A stretch of 64,000 nucleotides of DNA from the NCBI GenBank assembly GCA_051294375.1, contig CM119268.1:19281526-19345525 (forward strand), read 5' to 3'. Source of the stretch: Paraspadella gotoi. Its lineage: Eukaryota; Animalia; Chaetognatha. This document shows positions 1 to 12,644 of this stretch, piece after piece; position 1 is the first letter of the stretch; each line of letters starts with the position of its first letter. The notes under the pieces are model-generated. The model was not told where the DNA came from. It did not search any database and worked only from the letters and a program-made list of their open reading frames with translations. Made by a program: the position numbers and the translations under genes.

Positions 1-1574
1 GTTTTTGAGTCTCTCTAAGCTTGCGGACGAGTTCGTTCGAAGGTTTCACCCACTGTCGAGAAAGGCGGTTTGACGAGTAGGTCTTCAACATTTCTTAGGT
101 ATATCGATTAAGCACGCAGTTCAATAACGCGGAAAAACTTGTTTTTCTCCGTGGCACACAAGACGTAGCAGCACGTAGCAGACGTAGCCCAGACGGTCAG
201 ACGTTGACCAAAGATGTAGCAATAAAACATAGACTTAAAAACGACGTTTTAATCACGCAGCGCACCGATTCCTTCAGGTTTCACGTAAGACTGCAAGGGC
301 GCCGGTCACAAAATTAATAACAGTCACGTTTTATTGTCGAAAATCGCCAAAATCACAAAAGACGAGGAGAAATGACCACATACGACAATGACCAAAAAGT
401 TCACGAGTCACGAGGCGAATTTCTCTTCACCTGATCACCGAAAAATGCTGATAAGGCGGCAAGGTTTTTTTTTTTTTAATACTAAAAGGCCTAGGTTTCT
501 ATTTAAAAAAAGCATTTACGCCGAAATAATAATGAGAAAAACTCGCGAGTTTGAATATAAAATCTGAATTTCATTCACTTCGCCAACTTCCCTTCCCATT
601 TTATTCTTCTTTTTACGACGTCGTTAAAGAAACAAAAGACGCGCGAAAATACTTTTTGCCGCCGAGAATCTCTCTCCCCTGCGCAGAGGGACGCCGTGGA
701 TGCCGTTTCGCCTCAGAGTTTATGTATTGCAAAAATTACTAAGTTAGTTAATATTGTTAGGGTGGAATTGCGTATTCATTAATTTTGGATATATGGGTTT
801 TTTTGTTGTTTTGAATTTTATGCTCTAAGTTTGCATATGATGCCTCTCTAATGCCAAAGACAGTTAGCATTGTGATTAGCATTACTTAGGGCATCTACTG
901 TATCATTTTTCTTTAACTATCATTTATTATCTTACATTATCATTTACTTATCATTTTATCATTATGCTATCCGCATTTACTATTTTTTGGGTTCCGATTC
1001 CCTCTGTGATGATAGTTTAACGTTCGCTTCTAATCTTCATAAACCTAAATTCCTCTACCGATTCCCTCTAGCATTTAAACTAATATCATTGACCGACGCA
1101 GCAAAAATGAGTTAAGGACTCGATCTTGTTTATTTTTAAAAATTCTTATCCCGCTCCAACTCGTCGACTCTCTACTTCCATTAGTTCATCTTTTAATAGA
1201 AAATTATTGCCGTTAATTTTAAAAAATTAAATTGCGTTCGATGCGTCGTCCATGCGGTTCGTTTTTTAGAAAAACCAAGAACGGTGATTCCATTGTGTTG
1301 CGCCGCAAGTGACTTTATTTTCCACGCGAGTTATTTCCCTTTGATCACATGATTATGACCATGACATTGAGCCTAAAAAGCTTTCTTCAGCCCTTGTATT
1401 TATGACATCACTCCGCCATCGAGTCTTTTATTTCCACATTAGTTTTAGGATTTTCTGAAGGCTGGCGCCCGAATCCAGTCCCCTTTAAAGATTTGAGGTT
1501 TCTTTCTTGTCTTAACAAATGAGCCACCAACTATAATGCGAATTATATGCAATTTAATGTAAGTAGGACAGGAC

Positions 1575-1660
1575 CAATAGACAGACATACCTACCGACCG
1601 ACCGAAAAGTGACTCTATAGCGAGTTGCCTCCGCGCAGTCACTTCCGCGGCGCAACTAAA
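1575..1660 (-). mobile_element. Possible 5' end fragment of a second HINE/Helentron-like family
   Basis: Minus strand reads TTTT-AGTTGCGCCGCG...CGCGGAGGCAACT (short inverted repeat), then TATAGAGTCACTTTTCGGTCGGTCGG and GTCT repeats. This layout parallels the 5' end of the main HINE family. Confidence 0.4.
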
Positions 1661-2184
1661 ATGCCAGATGCGTCCTCCGCTTTTTTATTTCTTTTTAAAT
1701 AAGTTAATTGAACTCTTAGACTCTTGGACTCTTGGAAGGACGCCAAAATTTTAGTTTCCATCTATTTTTTTTCTAAATCCGGAAATAAAATTGATGCGCT
1801 AAAATTGTGATAAATTGTGTTTAGAGTTGTGGGTAAACTTCCCGCGTGCGCGTCGTTGACGTCATTAGTGAGTCCCTGCGTTACCGACGCAACATCGTCG
1901 TCGTCGTAGTTGACGTAGTTCCGCGTTTCCTTGCTGCATTTTTCTTGCGTATCGTTATTATCGTCATTGCTGCCTCACTCTGCTAGCCAAAAAGCCGTCG
2001 TTTTTTTTTGCCGCCGTGCCTGCGTAATCGTTGCGTCGTCGTTGCGTCGTCGTGTTTCCTTATCTTCGCGACGAAGAAAGTTGATTTATTGAGATTCGTG
2101 ACGCGCGCGCTCCGGTCTCGCGATGGAGAAGCGCGTGCGGTTCCGCGCGCGCGAGCAGATGAACGGCGCGACAGCCGGGGGCAC

Positions 2185-2640
2185 GAGAGACGACGATGAC
2201 GAGAGAGAGGAGAGAGATGACGAGAGAGAGAGAGAGAGGCACCATATCGAGACAGACGAGAGAGAGAGAGAAGAGAGAGAGAAAGACGAGAATGAGCGCA
2301 CGAGAATGAGAGAAAGATAGAGACGAGAATGACCGAGACAAGAGAGAGCGAGAGAGAGAGAAAGACCGAGAGACAGAGCAGAGAAAGACAAGAAGAGAAG
2401 CATGAGAGAAAGAAAGAGAGACATTGCAGCAGAGAATCGAAAGAGAGAGGAGAATGCAGAGAAAGAGAGGGGCGAGAATGAGAGAATGCAGAGAAAGAGA
2501 GAGAATGAGAAAAGAGCGAGAGACAGAATGAAAGAAAGAGAGAGAGAGAATGAAAGAAAGAGAGAGACAGAGCGAGAATGAGAGAGAGAGAGAAGACGAG
2601 ACGATGAGAAGAGAGAGAGAGAGAGAGAGAGAGAAAAAGG
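2185..2640. repeat. Degenerate (AG)n/GAC low-complexity tract
   Basis: Directly visible purine-rich dinucleotide repeat. Confidence 0.9.
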
Positions 2641-4449
2641 CAGGGCTAAACAAGAACAACCGTCGCGTGCTTTAATCAGTTTTTCATGCCGTCGCCCTCT
2701 GATAAGTTGAAACAATTGTTTGCAGTGATAAGTAAATATGAGATGTTGAAAAAGTTTTCACAATTACCACTGCAAACTAGTTCACAATACAGTACTTGCG
2801 CCGTTCCCTCAAGACCAGGATTACGCGGAATATGATTTTATGCTATAATGTTAATTACATAATTTTCATAATTGATAAGGCAATCAAGCGAAGATTCGAG
2901 CTCCAATTAATTTAAAATGAAATTATACAATATACATACATTAATTACCTATACATAAACTATAGCCCAAGAAAAGATTTTTTTTAATTGGCCGTTAATA
3001 AATCTTTTTGTTACTTCTACAAAATTCAACATGAATCTTCTTCGAAGCAAAGCTGAAGCCGAAAAAAAATATTTACTTGTTAAAAATAAATTAATAATAT
3101 TAAATATTTCCAAACTTTTTTTTTCTGCTCTTTTTAAGGAAACTCGATTAGTGCGCAATAATAATTGAGAAACTTTTCTCCAAATTTTCCCTTTTTTTTC
3201 GCATCCTTATCGCAGATGACGTTCGACAAAAGCGTCAGTTTTGCACCAGAAAAAAAGGCAAAGAGGTCTCGCCACGTTCATTCATAATCCAGACGATGCG
3301 CCGTCTTTGCGGTTGTCGCGAGCAGAATTGTCGAGCGACAAGAGAGAGAGGAGGAGAGAGGACGAGAGAGAGAGCAGAGAGAGAGAGCAGCAGAGAGAGA
3401 CGCAGGATAAAGCATCCCCGTCTCCTATTCCTCTTCGACCCGTCTACAACCAATTTTTCATTACACACTGGCGGCCATCCATCTGCCAGTCGCCACATAT
3501 TTTTTCCCTTTTTTTTTTAAATAAAAAAAGGCAAAAATCGACTTTGTCTCGAAAATAAGGCACAAGGTCGCACGACGACGACGACGACGACGACGGACGG
3601 ACCGCGACGTCGTTATCATTCGATGACTTCGAAACATATGTCGCTGAGAAGGGGGGCGGAAGAGGCGGGGGGGTGAAAAAAGGGGAGGAGGAGCGAGGAG
3701 AGGAGGAGGAGGAGAGCAGGAGGAGGAGGAGGAGAAGGAGGAGATAGAGAGGAGCGATATGGAGGAACAGGGGAAGTTTAGGCGGTCGGGGGCAGAGTTT
3801 TGGAAGACATGAGACGGGAGCAGAGCTAGTGACATTAACCATCCATTTTGACATCTGAACCCATTCGATTCAAATGGACTGGCTCCCGCCCTCGCGAAAA
3901 GTTTTGACGCAATTTTTAATATACTAAAATAAAATGGATTCTCAACTCAATACAATGTCAACCGCCATTTTAGGGTATGTTGTCACATTTTCTACAATAA
4001 ACTTCGCAATTCTCAGGAATCCGATAGCCAATATTTCTTGAACGGGCTCTCAAAATTTTTTCTTTACATTTTCACTTTGGTTATTTTAACTATGATACAA
4101 TCATGTTAAAGTGGAATTATCCATTTGCGCTGAAAATTTTATTTAAAGTAAAAGTAAAAGAGCCGAGCTAACGCATCGGAAATTCTAAGAGTTTCTCAAC
4201 CGGGATCTCAAGATTCGGCAAAAAATCCTTATATCTTGGTAGCGCCGAAAATCTTCCAAAGAAGGTGGCATTTCCGAAGATTTTGGTTAACTATTTTCTA
4301 TAATTTATGGTTCGGATTATTTTTTTGAAACTTAAAAATTAGCCACATATTAGCCATCATTCTACAGTTGGCCGGTCCAAAGAATATATTAAAAACAACC
4401 TCTGCACTTCTTTTCGTCAGAGCTTAGTCCTAAGCGGTGCTCATCTCTC

Positions 4450-4482
<33 letters not shown>

Positions 4483-4500
4483 TCTCTCTCTCTCTCTTCT

Positions 4501-4560
<60 letters not shown>

Positions 4561-5154
4561 ACCCCTCCAGCACCTTTTCCGTCTTCGACTAACTGAAAAA
4601 AACCCAGCGTCTTATCTATAAAAAAAAGGAAAGTGGAAAAATCTCCATTTTCGCTTCGTCGTCGTCGTTCGTCGTCGTTCGCTCGTCGCCGTTATCGCCG
4701 CTGGTGTCATGCGACCGTCGTTTATCACATGTCATTAAAAAATCATCCTTTACGAAATGAACCTTCTTAATAATAAATAAATAATTAATAATTAATAAAT
4801 AAATAAATTTAGTTTACATTTTCCTTCACTATCCAATTAAAAAACCATTACATTTATTTCCTTTTCATAGTTGTTCATTATTTTTAGTAAGCTTTCTGTC
4901 ATCGTTGCGTCTCCGTTGTCGTCGTCGTCGTCGTCCGTCGTCGTCGTCGGTTGGCGGGCGGTCAACTCATCATGAATTATCTCCTAACCCCGCGTTGAGC
5001 CCACGGCCGCGCAAACGGCGCTGGAGCCGAAGGCGAGGCCCGAGGAGCTGATAGACGAGAGACGAGGAGAGAGCACGAGAGAATGAGAGATAGGAACGAG
5101 AGACGAGAGAGAGAGAGAGATCCGGCAAGAGAAGAGAGACGAGAGAGAAAGCAA

Positions 5155-5314
5155 ATATACGAAAGAAGAAGATAAAAAAGATGAGGCCAAGTCGGAGATT
5201 CTCACAAAATTAAAAAAATGAAAAGAAAAAAAGAAAAAGGAAAATCTGTCGAAAATGGACAATCGACCAAAGCAGAGTCATGACTTTTCCTCGTATTTCT
5301 CTATCACGAGGAAG

Positions 5315-5352
<38 letters not shown>

Positions 5353-5843
5353 TTAGGTTTTTTGTCCAATGTGGCGGAGAGGACGTGAGTTGACTTAGAG
5401 TCATTGTTTACTGATTCGCCATCGCGTGGGTCAGAGTCAAGAGCTTGTTGAATGTGGATGGGTCGGGATGGTCATTGTTACACGGATCGGTTATCATCAC
5501 TCGAAGATGTCCCAAGTTTGGTGTTCAGTTTTTTTTTAAAAATCGAATTATAATTTGTACATTTCATTCGCCTCGAGACCAAGCATTCTTTCACGGTGTT
5601 ATTAATANNNNNNNNNNCGATGTTAATGATGACAACGATGGTAAAATAGACAGAAACTTACTAAAAAATATGACAACTATGAAAAGAGGTAAATGTAATT
5701 TTTTGAATTGATAGTGAAGGAAAATTTACCAAATTATTTATTTATTAATTATTAATTATTTATTTATTATTAAGAGTTCATTATCGTAAAAAGGATGATT
5801 TTTAATGACATTGATAACGACGTCCATGACACCAGCGGCGATA

Positions 5844-5877
<34 letters not shown>

Positions 5878-7600
5878 NNNNNNNNNNNNNNNNNNNNNNN
5901 NNNNNNNNNNNNNNNNNNNNNNNNNNNNNNNNNNNNNNNNNNNNNNNNNNNNNNNNNNNNNNNNNNNNNNNNNNNNNNNNNNNNNNNNNNNNNNNNNNNN
6001 NNNNNNNNNNNNNNNNNNNNNNNNNNNNNNNNNNNNNNNNNNNNNNNNNNNNNNNNNNNNNNNNNNNNNNNNNNNNNNNNNNNNNNNNNNNNNNNNNNNN
6101 NNNNNNNNNNNNNNNNNNNCTAGATTTAGGGGTTATTTTTCAAGATTAGGACTCTCGTTGCTTCGCACAACCGATGGATACGACGACGACGACGACGACG
6201 ACGACGACAACGACGATGGGGAAAAGGAAGTGGATTATATTGACGATAATAATAAACACGACGACAGAGTTAGACCATTTTCGGATTCATTGACCCTTTT
6301 AGTTATTCACGCCTTTTTTCTTGGCTACAAAAATTTTCAAGACATCGACGCATCACTATTTTTTTCATCTCGCCCGTCCTGGCAAGATTTAGTTTCGGCT
6401 CAGCTTCTTTGTGACGTCGTCGTTATTTTTTGTGTTTTTTTTTTTTNNNNNNNNNNNNNNNNNNNNNNNNNNNNNNNNNNNNNNNNNNNNNNNNNNNNNN
6501 NNNNNNNNNNNNNNNNNNNNNNNNNNNNNNNNNNNNNNNNNNNNNNNNNNNNNNNNNNNNNNNNNNNNNNNNNNNNNNNNNNNNNNNNNNNNNNNNNNNN
6601 NNNNNNNNNNNNNNNNNNNNNNNNNNNNNNNNNNNNNNNNNNNNNNNNNNNNNNNNNNNNNNNNNNNNNNNNNNNNNNNNNNNNNNNNNNNGAGAGAGAG
6701 AGAGAGAGCTAAAGTAAGCTCGATTTTTTTTTCGTCAATATCGATAGGAAGAGATGATTATCAATGAAGCCTCTAATTTTACATTAGCTTTCTTAATTTT
6801 TTTGTTTAATATTTTTTATTCAATATATATACCTTGTTTATTGTGTCTTACCTGAAGAGACGAGAGAAGCCAATTTGCGTCGAGGACGAAAAAAAAATAA
6901 AAAAGGGAAAAAATAAAATGGAAATATTGAATGAATAAGGAGCGCATGACATAAAAAAAGACAACATCAAAAGTTGACTTAATCAACAAAGTTTGAGTCA
7001 CGTTCTCTGGAAAATGAGGAATTCTTCTTTCGGGTGTATCAATTAATTAGTAAAATTTATGAGATGAATTTAAGATGAGAAAGGTTTTCACAACGAAATT
7101 TTAATGAAAAATAACAGACATATTTCGGTCTTAATTTCAGACCTTCAAAAAGGATCGCTTGATTTGGTACAACAAATGATTACAATAAATATACGAAAGA
7201 AGAAGATAAAAAAGATGAGGCCAAGGGAGAAAGAGAGGCAGAGGCGACGACGAGAAGAGAGGAGACAGAGAGATAGAGGCTTTAGGCCTTTTTTGCTCCC
7301 AATGGTGGCGGAGAGGACGCGAGAGGTTGGACTTAAGGTCATTGTTTACTGGATCCAATCGCTGCTGGGTCGGTCCAAACAGCATTGTTGAATGTGATGG
7401 TCGGGCAATGGGGTCGTCATTGTTGACACGGTCGGTTATCAATGACACTCGAGCATTTTATGTTGTCCCCCAAGTCTTGGGTGTTCAGTTTTCAAAAAAA
7501 GGAGAAGAGAGGGGTCGGGTCGAGATGGTAGCAGATTTTTACATTTCATTCGCGTCGAGAAACCCAAGGATTGCTCTTGTGGCAGCGGGGGTGTTATTAA
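5155..7600. repeat. Local direct duplication around gaps (about 5155-5605 vs 7190-7600)
   Basis: ATACGAAAGAAGAAGATAAAAAAGATGAGGCCAAG occurs twice, and 5350-5605 aligns by eye with 7278-7600 with many indels. Three N runs lie between the copies. Confidence 0.75.
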
Positions 7601-9470
7601 TAATATACATAAATCATTAGGAGGCATTAATTCTCTTCTCGATTAGCCTCAGCGAGTACTGTAAGGAGATTCCCCCACTGGTCCAGCCTTTCCTGATCCT
7701 CATAATCACGGCAGATCTGTTGTTCCCACTTTTCAAACCGAACCCTTCCCAATGCAACCTTTTAGGCCCCTTAACCCAACGGAGGTCAACCGATGACCAA
7801 GACCGCGCGCCCGTTTTCCAGTCGACCCGGCGCCTTCTGAGCTCAATATTCGACGCTTGGGCGTCAACCGAATCGACTCGACGCTCAGACTCGCCGCGGG
7901 GGGGGGGGTGGACGGGCGACGAGGGAGAAAGGTAGTGGGTAGGGTTATAGATGCTATGAGATTAGGGGGCGTGGGAATGGTGGACGAATGTTAATGATGA
8001 TTTGAATGATGATGTTACCTGTAATCGTTGCAGTATATCGCGAGCCAGTAATTGCGTATTGCCAGTTATTTCTGGGCGATGGAAAGAATATAATAAATAA
8101 GGAAGAGGCCCCTCGCAAAGTCTCGCGTCACATCCGCCGAAAGATTTTCCCGGAGATCTAACATATAGAGACCTCAGGACTGTGTACACTGCGCGAAAAG
8201 GGACGAGCGGGCAAAAGGGCAAGAATGACGGACGAACGGGCCAAAGGGGCGAGCGCCTTGGCATCAGGGATGCCAAAAAAGGGGCTAAGAAAAACAGGAT
8301 AATGAAACGCTGAGAGGCTTAAATAAGACAGAACTGGATGCATTATCAGAGGAAAGGTTGAAACGTTTTCACATCTCAGGCAGCAATAGGGAGCAAAAAC
8401 CACGGCGTCTCCGTTAATCAGCGATATCACTATCCATGATCACACAGGTCTCATCATAACACATCATCATCAACATCAAGATCATCCATCAACCATCTCA
8501 AGATCATCTATCATCCATCATCATCGGTCATCGTCATCGTCATCATCGTCCTTCATGTAGGTGACATATGCCACGCCAGGATCTCGTGTTCGAGTTCTTG
8601 CTCGGACTGAACGAATGTCATCCTCAATATTCATTATATCGCCATCATCCTTCAATCACGTCGATTCATTTGATCCGTTTGAAACTCTTCCAAACGATTT
8701 TGGCGCCGGTTTCGCTTTAGGTAAAACACGCTCGCTCAGCCTTCTGTCATCATCGTTATGTCTTTGCCGAATGGTCATTCTGTATTCCTCTTTTTTCGAG
8801 TCGTCCGTACGTCGTCCGTCCGTTATACGTCGTCGGCCTAGAGCAGAGATAAATGGAATCCAGGTCCAAGAAAAAAAAAGAAGCAAAAATATAATCCGAA
8901 TGAGATAATTTAGGAAAAAAAATAGAAAGCTTGAGGAGTGAAGGCTCGAAGTGAGAGAAGCGAGAGACGAGAGGAGCAGAGAGAGAAGAGTACGACGAGA
9001 ACTGAGAAGATGAGAGAAGATGAGAGAGAGAGAGAGAGAGAGAGCAGAGAGGATAAGATGACAATGTATGTAGCGGAAGGGAAGCTCCACCATGATCATC
9101 TATCGCGTCTTTCATGAGAGGTTTGCACCAGAATTGGAGCAATTCCCCATTTTCTTCTCTCTCTCTCTCTCTCTCCTCTCTCTTCTCTCATCTCCCTCTC
9201 TCTCTCTCTCTCTCTNNNNNNNNNNNNNNNNNNNNNNNNNCTCTCTCTCTCTCAATGTGTGTCCTCTCAGCCTTAAGTGGCTAAAAGCTAAGAGCGAGAA
9301 ATTCCTCTTTTTTCCTTTAATCGTCGATTTCGTTTCGCGATTCGACGAAGCAAAACTCGATGTCTTTCGTCTCCGTTTTATGACTCGCAATAAATAAACA
9401 CTTTTCATTTATTCTAATAAATATTTATTTATAGGATTTAACCTTTAATTTCGTAAATTCTTGGTTAAAT

Positions 9471-9518
9471 TCCAGAGTCTCTATGGAGGCGTGGGTTCGA
9501 ATCCCACCACTGCCACCA
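9471..9518 (+). pseudogene. tRNA-Leu (AAG/TAG family) 3'-half fragment ending in CCA
   Basis: TCCAGAGTCTCTATGGAGGCGTGGGTTCGAATCCCACCACTGCCA+CCA matches the variable arm, T arm and acceptor 3' strand of metazoan tRNA-Leu. No 5' half or A box is present upstream. Confidence 0.8.
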
Positions 9519-10420
9519 CGTTTAAGGAAAAACTCAGGGATTTCGAGGGGAGAAATCAAGATGAGATTTTATTCTAAGAATAAAGATGACGGTGAGACAC
9601 ACGCAGGAGTCATGATCAATGCTACTGAAACTAGAACAAGCTAAGTCTATTTATAACTAGGGATGAGGATCGGCGACGTGGATAAAATTTACAGTTCCAA
9701 TGATTCTGCAATCTGATTGGTCGATTTCGGTTCCATGCTTGACCAATCAGGATTCGGAGATTCCATTTCCGCGGAGATCTTTCTAGTCTCCGATCGGATT
9801 TGCTTTTGGTGGCTTTTGGTGTACTCCTGTGATGATACTGACGAGAAAGAACAATCAAATACGCATTCTCTATAGTTTCGTTTTTCTGCGAGTAATTGAG
9901 TCAAAATAGAATTGAGTAGGCAAAATTAGGCTCTGCCAGACTTTTTTAAAATTTTACAAAACTTTGTACAGAAGATTCCCTACTTAGTTTTATAAAAAAA
10001 ATCAATTTGTTGCTTAAATTTAAAAATCTATATCATTAAAAAATTGTCAGAATGATATCAAACTTACTAAATTGCTCATCTTGAGCTTAAATAATAAACA
10101 AAAATACCTCATTTGCATGTATAAGGAAAATACAGGGTTTTTTCCTTTTGATGCGCAGGTTGTTTTAAAACATAGTCGAGCATTAACACTGAATATATAT
10201 TGATAAATGTGTCAACTTTCCCTGTGACATTGCTTCCATTCCCTGTCTTTGAATGCCAAAGAAAATTCACTAAAACTAAACTTTCACTCTTCTTAAATCC
10301 GGCTGAGTAATAGATAAGTATTAATAAACAAATATTAAATAAACTTAGTAATGATGTAAGTCGGACGGAGTCGGGAATTCCCTCGTTTCCCCTCTTCCCT
10401 AAAATTCCAAGTTTCAGACG

Positions 10421-10904
10421 GAGCTGCATCTCTATAAAAATCTCCCACAAAGAGAGAGAGAGAGANNNNNNNNNNNNNNNNNNNNNNNNNTATTAATCGT
10501 ATGTATGTAGATTTTGTAAGATTATTGTACTTCTCTTTTATATTATTTCTATTCTTATTTGATTAATATACTTTTATATATATTTTCTTGTTTCTTCTTT
10601 TCTTCTTCTTCTCTCTCTCTTTTGTCGTATTCTTCTCTCTGATCTCTCTCAGTTCTCTCCTCGTCGTCTTCACTCTTCTCTCCGCTCTTTCTCTCTCTCT
10701 CAGCTCTCGCTCCCTCTCTCTACTCCTCCCCTGCTCCTCTCTCTCCTCTCCTCTCCGCTCCTCCTCTCCCCTCCCATTCGTCGCCGGGTCTCTCTCTCTC
10801 TCTTTACTTTTCTTTTGCGATCTTGAGGCCAAAACGCGTAAATAAAAACGTTGCCATTAATTTTTTCTTCTTCTTTGTGGGAGATTTTTGTAGAGATGCA
10901 GCTC
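10421..10904. repeat. 33-bp inverted repeat (10421-10453 / 10872-10904)
   Basis: GAGCTGCATCTCTATAAAAATCTCCCACAAAGA vs TCTTTGTGGGAGATTTTTGTAGAGATGCAGCTC, one mismatch. An N gap lies between the arms. Confidence 0.85.
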
Positions 10905-10988
10905 TCTCCATCTCATCTTTCTCTCTTTCTCTCTTCTCTCTTGTTGCGTCTGAATCTCTTCTCGTCTCTTCAGTGCCTCCTCATCTCT

Positions 10989-11023
<35 letters not shown>

Positions 11024-11115
11024 TTCAACTCGTTTTTTTCTTGGTAGGTTTTAAGAGAAGTATTTTTTTACAGCCATGTTTATTCTTTTGGTCGGGTCAA
11101 AAATATTTTCACTTT

Positions 11116-11116
<1 letters not shown>

Positions 11117-11198
<82 letters not shown>
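11117..11198. repeat. (TTTC)n microsatellite
   Basis: Directly visible. Confidence 0.95.
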
Positions 11199-12104
11199 AT
11201 TTTTCATGTATGTTCAATTGTTTATTGTTCAAACTTTTGAATTCTCCTTTCACTTTTTGCTTTTCTCTATTTACCTCTCATTCTGTCTATTTATTTTGAG
11301 TTTTCTCTTAATCACTCTCTTTCACTCTTTCACGCTTTAACTCTTTCAATCTTTCACCCTTCTTCTCTTAATTNNNNNNNNNNNNNNNNNNNNNNNNNNN
11401 NNNNNNNNNNNNNNNNNNNNNNNNNNNNNNNNNNNNNNNNNNNNNNNNNNNNNNNNNNNNNNNNNNNNNNNNNNNNNNNNNNNNNNNNNNNNNNNNNNNN
11501 NNNNNNNNNNNNNNNNNNNNNNNNNNNNNNNNNNNNNNNNNNNNNNNNNNNNNNNNNNNNNNNNNNNNNNNNNNNNNNNNNNNNNNNNNNNNNNNNNNNN
11601 NNNNNNNNNNNNNNNNNNNNNNNNNNNNNNNNNNNNNNNNNNNNNNNNNNNNNNNNNNNNNNNNNNNNNNNNNNNNNNNNNNNNNNNNNNNNNNNNNNNN
11701 NNNNNNNNNNNNNNNNNNNNNNNNNNNNNNNNNNNNNNNNNNNNNNNNNNNNNNNNNNNNNNNNNNNNNNNNNNNNNNNNNNNNNNNNNNNNNNNNNNNN
11801 NNNNNNNNNNNNNNNNNNNNNNNNNNNNNNNNNNNNNNNNNNNNNNNNNNNNNNNNNNNNNNNNNNNNNNNNNNNNNNNNNNNNNNNNNNNNNNNNNNNN
11901 NNNNNNNNNNNNNNNNNNNNNNNNNNNNNNNNTTTATTCTTTGCCCTCATTTTTTTTCCAATTCCCCCGAGTTTTTTGTTGCGCTTATTTATTTCACTTT
12001 ATTTATTCATTTCGTCTTTATTTATGTTTTGGGTCAAAATGTTTACATTTGGTCGCCGTCGTCGCCTCGATTTACTCTGTGACGACGTCGTCGTTGTTGT
12101 CGTC

Positions 12105-12118
12105 GTTGTCATGGAAAC
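12105..12118. promoter_or_regulatory. RFX X-box-like motif
   Basis: GTTGTCATGGAAAC fits GTHNYY-AT-RRNAAC. Motif match only. Confidence 0.3.
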
Positions 12119-12644
12119 GCCCATGCAAGGAATTACGTACTTTTGCATAAAGATNNNNNNNNNNNNNNNNNNNNNNNNNNNNNNNNNNNNNNNNNNNNNN
12201 NNNNNNNNNNNNNNNNNNNNNNNNNNNNNNNNNNNNNNNNNNNNNNNNNNNNNNNNNNNNNNNNNNTTATTTATTTATTTATTTATTTATTTATTTTATT
12301 TTATTTATATTTCATCTTATTTTTATTTTCATTTATTTTCATAAATTTATTTAATTGTACGTAGAAGATGAAAGGTCTTCTTAATAATTGTTTTAAGAGC
12401 ATCTTATTATTTTATAATTCATATTTCAAATATATTGAAGTCATTTCAACGTCAAACCCGATAATTTTTTTGTGTCTTGAACTCGAAATATTTGAACTGA
12501 CAACCGCGGCGTCGTCGTTGTTTGAGGATGAGGCTGCGGGGGCGGCGGTGGAAGCGGCTGCGGCAGCTGCGATGGAAGAAAACCTCGACGCGGGTCAAAG
12601 TTTGTTTTTCCAGTGTTGACAATTTGTCAATCTGAGCTGAAAAC

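Noticed and set aside
2718-2777. 10-bp inverted repeat GTTTGCAGTG/CACTGCAAAC
   Set aside because: Single short instance with no TSD or second copy.
5795-6767. ORFs spanning N runs (also at 11354, 28838 and 49387)
   Set aside because: They are open only because of unknown bases.
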